The position numbers and the translations under genes are program-made. This document shows, piece by piece, positions 12,266 through 23,756 of a stretch of DNA of 64,000 nt (positions within the stretch are counted from its first letter, which is position 1; every line of letters begins with the position of its first letter). A model generated the notes under the pieces. That model worked only from the letters and a program-made list of their open reading frames with translations, was not told where the DNA came from and did not search any database. Source of the DNA: Octopus vulgaris. Taxonomy: Eukaryota. The DNA lies in assembly GCA_951406725.2 (NCBI GenBank), contig OX597820.1, positions 73,594,001 to 73,658,000 of the forward strand, in the 5' to 3' direction.

Positions 12266-13149
12266 GTCTAGAGTACAGTATGTCTGAGGGAAGAAAAAGA
12301 TAAGACAATCATTTCTGTAATGATTTTGATCATAGGTCTGCCCAACTGAACCTGATTCAGGGGCCAAAAATCAACACCTTTTTTTTTCACGAAATTTCAA
12401 ATTTAAAGACGATGATGAATGACCAGAGAGTCTGGGGATGATATTAAATCATTTATGCTTTTATGTCCCCGTGAAAAACAGATGTTATATAATGGTGATG
12501 ATGAGCAAAACAAATGAAATAAAAGAGACATTGGAAGGTATTTAAAAACCAGGTTTGAGACATGAATTGCTATGAATTTGTCTATGAGTCTCTCACCCCT
12601 CTGACTCTCACTCAGTTATCAATCAGTAGCAGTGATTTGAAACTGAATGGTTTGGTAGCCAGTCAGTCATCAGCAGGAAACCACAACAGTTTCAAGTGAT
12701 CGGTCTATTAAGTAACCAATCAGTGTCAATCCACCACATGATTTAATTTTCTAAAATCTTCTCCTCGTGCCCTATAAAAACCCTCTTTTGGCGCCAACAC
12801 TCTTTGCAGACTGTTGAGACCAGCCAACTCATTCACATGTCTCACCTCTTGCCATGCAGACTGTTGAGGCTGCTGTACATTGTGCTTCCATTCTCACCAT
12901 AGCCAAACAGTTAAGACAGATGGCAGATAGTCAACAGAAATCTCTGACACCATTAATATGGTATTATTGTTTTCGTTATGATGGGCTAGCCACACATTGC
13001 TATATCTGTAAGTTTATTGTAAACTTCAAGCAGTATATCTCTCCCAGCATGTAATTATTGCTGTTATTATTTTCAAAACTCTATGTGCAGTAATAAAATC
13101 TTCTGTTAAATGTTCGTGGGTGTTATCAGCTACTTCTTCACGCAGCCCA

Positions 13150-13500
13150 AGAAACACATCTTCATTCATCGACTCAACCAGTTGTCACCTCAGCTCAACC
13201 AACACACCACCTACAACAAACCTAACATCCTCATTTCCATCATTTCAAAAGCGATAGAGGCAGTTGTTACAACAACCTTCTCCAAGACTTTGAATTCCTC
13301 TCACACATCAACGACCCATGTGACTTCTATAAAACCTTATCGACAAGAGACCTACTCTCCTATTTAACTCATCTGTGGGCGTTTGCTCTGGACAAAATGG
13401 GATAAAAAATATATTGTCATACTTGACATCAGTAAAGCATTCAATAGTATGTAGTATATAAATTTTCAGGTAAAACAATTTACCTGTGTGCTCCATCCAT
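13150..13500 (+). mobile_element. Highly decayed CR1/Jockey-type LINE reverse transcriptase fragment
   Basis: ILISIISKAIEAVV (cf. YRPISLLS.ISK..E) and IVILDISKAFNS (cf. LDISKAFD). Confidence 0.5.
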
Positions 13501-14169
13501 CTCATCTTTAGCAATTATTTCAGTTACCTTTTCCCAAATTTACTCACGAGATTTTGGTCATTCCAGGGCTGTAGCACATAGCTTAGTGGTTACAGTGTTT
13601 GACTCATGATGATAATATTGTGGTTTCAATTTGTGGATCAGGCGATGTGCTGTGTCCTTGAGCAAAACACTTCATTTCATGTTGCTCCAGTCCACTCACC
13701 TGGCAAAAATGAATAATCTGCAATGGACTGGCATTCCATCCATGGAGGAATATATACACCACAGAAATCAGGAAACTGGTCCTATCGCTCTGTATGAATC
13801 AAGGAAGAGCTTTATCCTTTTCTGAAGACAATTGCTCAAGGTGCTGTGACCTGAGATTGAACCTGAGACCGCATGGCTTGTAAGCAAAGTTTTTAACCTC
13901 CCAACCATACCTGCACCTATAAACTGGCAATTCACATCTGGATATTTGGTATCAACTCAACCATCTTTATTATCTTACTAGACATTTCAGAAGTTCAAAC
14001 CACAAACAAAGGAGGAAAATATTATTCATTGAAATAAATATGATGTGAATTGAAGACATGTGTGAGTGTGTGTGTGCATGTGTGTATGTGGTTGCATGTA
14101 TTTGTGTACCTTTCTCTCTCAATATATATATCATCATCATTTAATGTCTGCCTTCCATGCCAGCACACT

Positions 14170-14201
<32 letters not shown>

Positions 14202-15957
14202 GTATATATGTATGTATATGTATATATGTATATATAAAATGTTAAATTACTGTTGCTTTTTAAATAATGAAAACAAAAAAAAAATGTTTGAGAAAATGGG
14301 AAAAATACAATTCACATAGAATTCAAATATATTTTTTTCAATTAGTGATATATTGCTTATTGCAACAAGAACAGAAATAGATAAAAATAAATAAATAAAA
14401 GCAACCTTTTTGACTTGTAAGAGTATTTCAAAATATGAACGACATTTGGGACAATTTAGATAAATACATTATGTCTTGTGCAACCAACCAAACGATGTCC
14501 CGATGTCCTGCTTCTTTCTCTGTTGATTAAATATACTCCAGAATGTTCTGTCTCTTTAAATTGTATTTCATTTTCTTTTTAATCATATGGTAGAGAAGGT
14601 TCAATTGATTATTCATATTTCTATGTAAATGGCCATTAGAAAAATGAAAGAATGGAGGGAATAAAACTAAGCAATCAGTTAGAATTGACGATATTGTTTC
14701 AACATGTCACTTCCAATATCAAATTACATTAAGAAAATAACATGTCTCAGACAATTTAATATTTCTAGCAGGAAAATAAAATATAAAATGGTGAGAGAGA
14801 AAGAAAAGAAGAGAGAGAGAGAGAGAGAGAGAGAGAAGTATCAAGTGTCTTTATATTTCTTCATTATTTTTCGCAGACCTGTACAATAGAACTAGTTCCA
14901 ACTAATGCAGCATTCAAGAATCATTGTACTGTCCTCTGGCTTATAAAAACAATGTAAAAATTCATAAAAATAATGAGATATTTAAACTTTGTTCACTTTC
15001 TTTCTGGTGTGAACCAAACGATTTTACAAAAGAAAAGTAAATAAATAAAATGTTATCAGACAAATGTAAATTTTTTTTTTTTATCTTTGTCAATCTCTTA
15101 AGATAGAAACATATGTTTTATGAATGCTTTATATTTTTAATAGGATTGCCCCACTCTCGACCCACCCTTGAAGAATATCACCGTTTTTCTGTATTCAACT
15201 TTTCAGAGTAGTTGAATAATAAGTTTGATCTTTTATTTCATAAGAATAATCATCATCATCATCATTATCATCGTTTAACGTCCGTTTTCCATGCTAGCAT
15301 GGGTTGGATGGTCCGACCAGGGTCTGGGGAGCCAGGAGGCTGCACCAGGCTCCAGTCTGATCTGGCAGTGTTTCTACAGCTGGATGCCCTTCCTAAGGCC
15401 AACCACTCTGTGAGTGTAGTGGGTGTTTTTTACGTGCCACCGGCACAGGAGCCAGAGGAGGCTGGCAAATGGCCACAATCAATTGGTGCTTTTTATGTGT
15501 CACTGACCCTTATAGCAATTTTTAAATCAATGTCATTAATAAATTTACCATCCTACCGATTCATTTATCTTATGTCCATCATTTATTTAAGCATCATTTA
15601 CTTGGGTGAAGTGCTGTTGGTGCTGGTGCCATGTTGAAAGTATTGGTGTTGGTGCCACATTAAAAGCACTGCTGCTGATGTCGAGTAAAAAGCACTGGTG
15701 GTGGTGCCACATAAAATGCACCCAGTGCACTCTCTAAAGTGGTTGGCATTAAGAAGGGCATCCATCTGTAGAAACTATGGAATCTAGTGCAGCACCTGGC
15801 CTTGGTGGATCCTTTTGGAGTCAATAAATTAAGTACCAGTGAAACATTGGGGTTGATGTAATCAACTAATCCCTTCCCCCAAAATACCAGGCCTTGTGCC
15901 TGCAGTAAAAAGTATTATTATAATAATAATTATTATTATCATTATTATTATTATTGT

Positions 15958-16290
15958 GAAGGTGCATGGCTCAGTGGTTAGAGCATCGAACTTACGATCG
16001 TGAGGTTGTGAGTTCGAATCCCGGACCGGGCTGCATGTTGTGTTCTTGAGCAAGACACTTTATTTCACATTGCTCCAGTTCACTCAGCTGTAGAAATGAG
16101 TTGCGACATCACAAGTGCCAAGCTGTATCAGCTGTTGCTTTTCCCTTGGATAACACTGGTGGCATAGAGAGGGGAGGCCGGTCTGCATGGGTGACTGCTG
16201 GTCTTCCATAAACAACCTTGCCCGGACTTATGCCTGGGAGGGTAACTTCCTAGGTGCAATCCCATAGTCAGTCATGACCGAAGGGGGTCT
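15958..16290 (+). mobile_element. tRNA-headed SINE family D. Others at ~13570-13820, 35515-35840 (+) and ~46760-46985, 52155-52488 (-)
   Basis: tggctcagtggttagagc (A box)...gttcgaatcccgg (B box), followed by the core ttgtgttcttgagcaagacactttatttcac.ttgctccagttcactcagctg. Confidence 0.8.
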
Positions 16291-16479
16291 CTGCTATTAT
16301 TATTAAGGCGGAAAGCTGGCAGAATCGTTAGTACAACAACAAAATGCTTCATGGCATTCCATCAATAAATTGAGTATCAGTGAAATATTAGGGTTGATGT
16401 AATTAACTAGTCCCTTCCCCAAAAATTCCAGGCCTTGTGCCTACAGTAGAAAGGATTATTATGATTATTATTATCATTG

Positions 16480-17360
16480 CCTTTGCACAGCTTCTAACGC
16501 TGGAAATGTACTACAGTGTCAGCTGCTCACTGCCAGTGAACTATGATAACACCTCTTATTTTTCAAGCACCTTCCAGAGTATTTGAGCGGTTCCAAGTAG
16601 TGCTGTTTTCTGCAAGTGCTCCACCCTTATTGCAGCCCCTATTTATTCCATGTACTTCTTGAGATTTTTCCCAGAGCTCTGACAATTAGTGGTACCACTA
16701 CCACCTTTTTCATCGATCACAACTGCTTAACTTCCCAAGCTAACCTGTCATACCTATCAACTTTTCTTTCTTCCTTATCACATAGCTTGTTGTCAGCTGG
16801 GCATGCTATATCTATGATCCAGCATAATTTGCTTTCTTTCTCAATTAAGACTATGTCCGGTTTCTTATTCTCTATCTCATGGTTGCATTGAATCATAAAA
16901 TCCCGCAGGAACTTTGCATTATCATTTTCGATGATACCTTTGGGTTATTTCTCTGTCAAGACCACACTTTTGCAAAGTGTCCAATGGACAAGCCAGGCTA
17001 TATTATCATGGCATCTCTTATATTCCTTCTGGGTTAGTGACGTACATTGGCTGGTAATATGCCATATGGTTTCACCATTTCATCCACAGATTTTGCACTT
17101 CTCACTTTCTGATGTGTTGTCTATTCGGTATTTTATGTAGTTTGTTCTTAGTGCTTGCTCTTGGGCAGCACAGATTAGAGCCTCCGTTTCTGGTTTTAAA
17201 TGACTTTTAGTAATCCACAGCCATCTCTTTTCTCTGCCTGTCTTATCTTCAACATCCCTACGAAATTGTCCATGCTTTCTTTTCTTCACTCATCTATTTT
17301 CAGTTTCATTTGTTTTCAATTGCTTGTACAGTGCTTTATCTTTGCAATCTTTCATCCTAC
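16480..17360 (-). mobile_element. R4/Dong-like non-LTR retrotransposon 3' fragment (CCHC knuckle plus restriction-like endonuclease)
   Basis: Minus strand: HGQFRR...WLWITKSHLKPETEALICAAQEQALRTNY...CKICG*NGETIWHITSQC...HDNIA..VHW..C...KPDIVLI...IIDIACP...EERKVDRY..L. Flanked on both sides by (ATT)n. Confidence 0.85.
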
Positions 17361-17407
17361 ACAATTATTATCATTATTATAATTATTATTATTTAATAAT
17401 AATAATA

Positions 17408-17442
<35 letters not shown>

Positions 17443-17912
17443 GGTGGTGAGTTGACTGAAACGTTAGTATGCTGAACAAAATGCTTATTGCCATTTCTTC
17501 CACATTCAATTTCTACTGAGGTTAACTTTACTTTACATCCTTTTGGGGTCAATAAATTAAATGCTAGTTGAACACTGGCAGTCAATCCAATTGACTAACC
17601 CCCACCCTACCAAATTTCAGGCCTTGTGCCTATAGCAGAAAGCTTTATTATTATTATTATTGAGTGAGAGAGCAGTGCATGCCATCAAAGTGACACTGGA
17701 GTAATTATTATCGACCCTGAAAGGATGAAAGTCAAAGTCGAATTCCACCGAGGTCGACTTTGCCTTTCATCCTTTTGGGGCCGATAAATTAAGTACCAGT
17801 TACGCACTGGGGTCGATGTAATCGACTTAATCCGTTTGTCCCCTCTGCATTTAGCCCCTTATGGGGAGTAAAAAATAATAATTATTATTATTAATATTAT
17901 TATTATTATTAT

Positions 17913-17953
<41 letters not shown>

Positions 17954-19054
17954 TCTTCTTCATTCTCTCTCTCTCTCGCCAGAAGAAATTGGTTGTGGTG
18001 AGACATAGGAGGGGAATGAGACCTACCAGATTTAGAATTATTTCTGAAACACATCATACATGACAAGACAGTAATCTTGTAAAGCCATCTTCCATCGAAA
18101 GGAAGGGTTTGAATATATCACAGAATGCACCATGTGACACTTCTGATGTAAAAAAAGTTACAATCATTAACAGCCCCTTCAATCACTTCCACCCCCAACC
18201 CCCAATCCCACCATGTAAACAAAGAGAATAGACCCCTAAATACTTACAAAGCAAACTGAACATTCCTCATCAAACACACAATTAATTCTAATCCTATTTC
18301 AAGACTTTATTATGCGTGACCTTAAACAATTGTTCACACAAGGTACTTCATTATCTTTCACAGTATGAGGTACTGTCTTAAGATACTGTTCCTTATATTT
18401 GATTTCATATTTTTTGTTTTCTTTACTAGTTTCAGTCGGTGGATTGCTACCATAGCATGACACTACCTTGAAGAATTTTAGTCAAACAAATCGACCCCAC
18501 TGATTGTGACTTTTTTTTGCCAGAAACATAAACAAACCAATACCAGTTGTCAAGCAGTGGTGGTGTTGGTGGTGGTGTGGTGACAAATACACATACAAAG
18601 ACACACGCAGATAGACATATTTTTCCTTTTATTAGTTTCAGTAGTGGCCTTGATTGGGGCACTGCTGTTTCATATATCATCATCATCATCATCATTTAAT
18701 GTTCATTGTCCAAGCTGGCATGGGTTGGATGGTTTGACTGGGCTGGTATGCTGGAAAGCTACAGCAGACTCCAGTCTGATTTGGCATGGTTTTCTTTGGC
18801 TTCCTAATGCCAACCATTCTGCGAGTGTAATGGGTGCTTTTACATGCCACCGTCATGGGTGCCATTTGCATGACACCAGGGTGCATTTATGTGCCACCAG
18901 CATGGGTGTCAATTTGCATGATACCAGTATCTGCTACAACTGCGATTTTGCTTGGCTTGATGGGTCTTCTTCTCAAGCACAACATAATGCCAAAGGTCTT
19001 GGTCATTGCTTCCATGAGGTCCAACACTCGAAAGGAACTCAGCCACTTTGCTTC

Positions 19055-19096
<42 letters not shown>

Positions 19097-19193
19097 CATA
19101 TTGTTCCACTATGGTAAGATCAATAAAAAAAAGTAATCCATTTAGTAAAAGATAAGTATTATTTAATAAACACAATCTATGTTTTTCATGTGC

Positions 19194-19286
19194 TACTATT
19201 AGTTTCATGTGCTGAGAGCATGCCAGACTGTGTTTGTGTTAAAAAAAAACAGTCTGGCATGCTCTCAGCACATGAAACTAATAGTA
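19194..19286. repeat. Perfect 37-bp inverted repeat (fold-back element copy 1)
   Basis: tactattagtttcatgtgctgagagcatgccagactg (19194-19230) and its exact reverse complement (19250-19286). Confidence 0.95.
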
Positions 19287-19319
19287 TCACATAAACACAC
19301 GTATATGTGTTTATACTCG

Positions 19320-19387
<68 letters not shown>

Positions 19388-20089
19388 TGTATGTAAACAT
19401 AATAGGCTTCCACACAGTTTCCATCATAAAGTATTGATTATCCTTAGTGCTATAGTAAAAGACACTTGCCCAAAGTATTGTTCAGTGGGATTGAACCTGA
19501 AACCACATGGTTACAAACCAAACTTCTTAACCACACAACTATGCCAGCACCAAAATAATTTTGCAACTGTTTTACTAGAAAAATGACATGTACATTCCTA
19601 CATCTGGAGACAATATTTATTCCAACATGCTTTTACTTGTCACTCCGTTGCTTATCTTCGTTATTTGTTTTTTATAAGTTTTAATATTGCTACATTTTTA
19701 TGTTAAACTCATGTTTAACAGTAGTTTGAAAATCCAAATCTAAAACAAAACTTCTGAAACTTGTATTTGAATGAGCTTAAGTTGAGATTAAAAACGTAAA
19801 TTTCATCTGGAACATGTTAAAATATTGGTCTCAGTGGGATTAAGTACATTTGTTTGTATGTCTGTTGTTAAGAATAACTTAAGAAAATTATAAATATCAA
19901 ACACAGGCATGACTGTGTGGTTAAGAAGCTTGCTTCCCACCCATGTGGTCTTGAGTTCAGTCCCACTGCATGCCACTTTGAACAAGTGTCTTTTACTATA
20001 GCCCCAGGCTGACCAATATTTTGTGACCAGAAACTGTGTGGAAGCTTGTCATATATATATATAAATATTATAATAATTATATACACACA

Positions 20090-20250
20090 TTCTTTATTTT
20101 CTCTCCTTGTTTCTTTCTGTGCTCCTTTCTGTGGAAGAGCATAGGCTCGAAACATTAAAGATGTTTTCACTTCCCGAGCGTTATACTAATATAACTTTGT
20201 TGTCTACACCACCTGTCTTTGTCTTTTGTTTTTTTGTGAATTCTCCCCAT
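20090..20250 (+). mobile_element. Short (TA)n-associated repeat with degenerate hammerhead motif (20125-20160); other copies at ~715-860 (-) and ~26560-26655 (+, partial)
   Basis: Shared sequence gaagagcataggctcgaaac...ttttcacttcccgagcgtta..ctaata...ctgtctttgtcttttgttttt.gtgaattctc recurs at the three places. Confidence 0.55.
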
Positions 20251-21788
20251 AATAATTGTAAATATAATTATAACAAAGGATTGGCTATAAGCCTCTCCAC
20301 ACACTAGAAATAGATGCCAAAAGACACTAATACCACCTTAAAAATGCCAAACAATAAAACACGGGCTGTAGTCAAGCAAAAGAAAGATAATGAATTAAAC
20401 TTTTGGTTAAATGTGTACAAGATCCCATTTCAAGCTTAAGGTAAAAAAAATTATACCTACTGCTATCTTCAGCAACGTTACTCTATAGCATAAATTCCTG
20501 AGTATCTACACATACGTATATAAGCAGCAACTTCATACAACAATATATATATATATATATATATACACAATCATAAAAATATACAGTAAAGTAGAATTCC
20601 CATCTTTCTTTTCAGCCACATGTAATATATCAAAATAACTCTGCAGCCAAACACTTATCATAATTATATAAATAATTATTATAATACTTATAAAATTCAC
20701 CTATAAGGTTTTTATTTCCACACTAACCCCTTGGTAAAATCATTAATGATTTTTACCCTTTATTATAATATATATATGGCTCCCATGCTGGTGGCATGTA
20801 AAAAGTACCCACTACATTCTTGGAGTGGTTGGCGTTAGGAAAGGCATCCAGCTGTAGAAACATTGCCAGATCAGATTGGAGCCTGGTGCAGCCACCGGCT
20901 CTCTAGACCTCAGTCAAACCGTCCAGCCCATGCCAGCATGGAAAACAGATGTTAAACGATGATGATGATGTGTGTGTGTGTGTTTGTGTATATACATACA
21001 CATATACACATGTACAAGATTGTTTATGTCCCTGTAAGTTAGCAGTTCAAAAAAAAAAAGAGAACAGTAGAAAGGGTATCAGGCTTAAAAAGAGAAAAAT
21101 AAGTATTGAGGGCAAAATCCCAGCATGGCCACAGTCAAATGATGAAACAAGTAAAAGATAAAAAATAAAGATTTGGTTTTGAGTAACCACCATTGCTTCA
21201 AATATAATTTCATCTCAAAAATGAAGAAAAATGTTTCTCTGGAGATTTTTTTTTTAACAATTTGAAGAATTAATAAGCCAAGTTATTTATCGTCTCCCTG
21301 ATTACAAATTCAAATTTTACAACAACCACTGTATCCCTTCTTGCAATTCAACTTTGATATTCCTATCTAACAACCCATTTCCACAGATGAATGGTTAACA
21401 CATAAAAGGTTTGTAACTGTTGTAACAGTATGTAAATGTTTAAATTTGCAAATACCACATTATCTGTGCTACCAGAAATATAGACAAAAATGGTTTTAAA
21501 CAAGTTATTTCTCAAAATTTCCATGGGACCTTTAAACCTTATCTTGACATTTTTAAAACTAAATTAACATTTTTCCATGTCTCAATAAATAAAAGGTGAA
21601 TAAATTATGCAAATTTTGCTTTCGCTAGATAATCAAATGGTTCGACCTTTCTAACAGTCATTTTGAAACATTATAAGGGAGCATTAGGAGTCCCAGTTAG
21701 CAGTAGCCCTACTGCATGATATTTATGTCATTATCTTTTACTTTTCTCAGTCATTGGACTGCACAGCCATGCTGGGGCATCATCTTAA

Positions 21789-22007
21789 CCCTTTTGTTAC
21801 CATATTTATTTTGTGATTTTGTGTTTCTTTCAATTATTTTAAATATAACAAAGAATTTAGTAAAATAATTTAGTTATCATTAAGCTAGTGTTAGGAACAT
21901 AAATTTTGACTAAGGTTTGGTGGAAGATTTTAATTCAAAACTTACACAAATAGGACATTTGTACTTCAGAGCCAGAGCTGGTTTCAGCCAGGTTGGTATC
22001 AAAAGGG
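21789..22007 (-). mobile_element. piggyBac-type MITE, second copy, inserted into a SINE
   Basis: TTAA|cccttttgttacc...ggtatcaaaaggg|TTAA; reverse complement of 4603-4822; SINE sequence resumes on both sides. Confidence 0.85.
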
Positions 22008-22124
22008 TTAAAGAGTTTAGTTGAACAGATCGACACCTGTCAACATACACACACACATATATACATATATATGTATGTGTGTATATATGTATGTGTCTAT
22101 GTATTTGTTTGTCTTAAGCATAGA

Positions 22125-23626
22125 CGAGTGGTTGGTAAGAGCTGTACAAGGATGCTGTCAGTAAGGTGAGTGTTGGCAATGAGTATAGTGAAGAATTCCA
22201 GGTAGAAGTAGGGGTTCACTAAGGATCAGTCCTCAGCCTCCTCTTCTTCATCATAGTCCTCCAGGCAATAACAGAAGAATTCAAGACAGGTTGCCCCAAG
22301 GAGTTCCTCTATGCTGATGACCTTGCTCTGATAGCTGAGTCACTACTAGAACTAGAGATGAAGTTTCAGGTGTGGAAGCAAGGTCTAGAATCGAAGGGCC
22401 TTAGAGTCAACCTAGCAAAAACCAAAGTCTTAGTAAGTAATAAGACAAACAAATCACAAACCACTTCAGGTAGATGATCCTGCTCGATCTGTAGAAAAAG
22501 CATAAGTAGAAACTTCATAAGGTGTAAGCTATGGTGCAGCAATATCAAAGGAAGGTTAACCGGGAAGATAGTTTTTGTGTGTGGCAGATGCACAGGGGCA
22601 TAATCACCAAAGATGTACAGAAAACAGATTCCATCACATACCAGGGGAAGAAACTAGAAGTTGATAGCTTCTGCTACCTAGATGACCGAGTCTGTAGTAG
22701 GGGTGGGTGCTCTGAGAGTGTTGCCACTAGAATAAGAATAGCCTGGGCAAAGTTCAGAAAGCTCCTACTTCTGCTGGTAACAAACGGCCTTCCTCTCACT
22801 CAGAGTGAAAAGTAGACTGTATGATGCATGCATGCAAACAGCCATGCTACATGGCAGTGAAACATGGGCCATGACTGTTGAGGACATGCGTAGACTTGAA
22901 AGAAATGAAGCTAGTATGATCCACTGGATGTGTAATGTCAGTGTGCACATGACAGAGCGTAAGCACCCTGAGAGAAATGTTGGACATAAGAAGCATCAGA
23001 TGAGGTGCATAAGAGAGACAACTGTGCTGGTATGGTCATGTGCTATGTATGGGTGAAGAGAGCTGTGTGAAGAAACAGTGGAAGGAACCCATGGAAGAGG
23101 GAGACCCAGGAAGACATGGGATGAGGCGGGGAAGCACAACTTTCACACACTGGGTCTCACAAAGGAAATGACAAGAGATTGAAACCTTTGGAGATATGCT
23201 AAGATTGAGAAAACCTGGCAAGTAAAGTGAGATCACAGCCGTGGCCAACACCAGTGACACATAACCAGGACTCTTGAGTCATCGGGTGATATGCTGTGCT
23301 TGAGAAGACCTATTGAATCAAGTAAAATTAAAAATCAAAATCAAAATAGAAATCGTAGTTGTGGCTGATGCCAGTGCTGCCTGAGTGCTGCCAGTGCTGC
23401 ACCGTTGCTTGTAGCATTTAATAAACACCATTCAAGCGTGGGTCGATTCGAATTTGGTCGATGCCAGTGCCCCCCAACTCCCTCCTGTGCTGGTGGCATG
23501 TAAAAAGCACCATTCAAACTTGGTCGTTGCCAATGCTGCTGTTGCAGCCTACTGACTTGTCAGTCCTCAATCAAGTGGCCCAATCCATGCCAGCATAGAA
23601 AACGGACATTAAACAATGATGATGAT
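22125..23626 (+). mobile_element. RTE-clade LINE, 5'-truncated, degenerate reverse transcriptase plus 3' UTR and (ATG)n tail
   Basis: Translates to EEFQVEVGVH*GSVLSLLFFIIVLQAITEEFKTGCPKEFLYADDLALIAES...GLRVNLAKTKV...RIRIAWAKFR...KSRLYDACMQTAMLHGSETWAM (RT YADD motif and RTE C-terminus). Ends ccatgccagcatagaaaacggacattaaacaatgatgatg. Confidence 0.9.
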
Positions 23627-23664
23627 ACATATATATGATAAACACAATATACGTGTTTATGTGC

Positions 23665-23756
23665 TACTATTAGTTTCATGTGCTGAGAGCATGCCAAACA
23701 GTGTTTTTTCACACAAACACAGTTTGGCATGCTCTCAGCACATGAAACTAATAGTA
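23665..23756. repeat. Perfect 35-bp inverted repeat (fold-back element copy 2, opposite orientation)
   Basis: tactattagtttcatgtgctgagagcatgccaaac (23665-23699) and its reverse complement (23722-23756). Confidence 0.95.

Noticed and set aside
15960-16030. tRNA-like sequence with A and B boxes
   Set aside because: No proper acceptor stem, and it runs directly into a repeated SINE body; it is a SINE head, not a tRNA gene.
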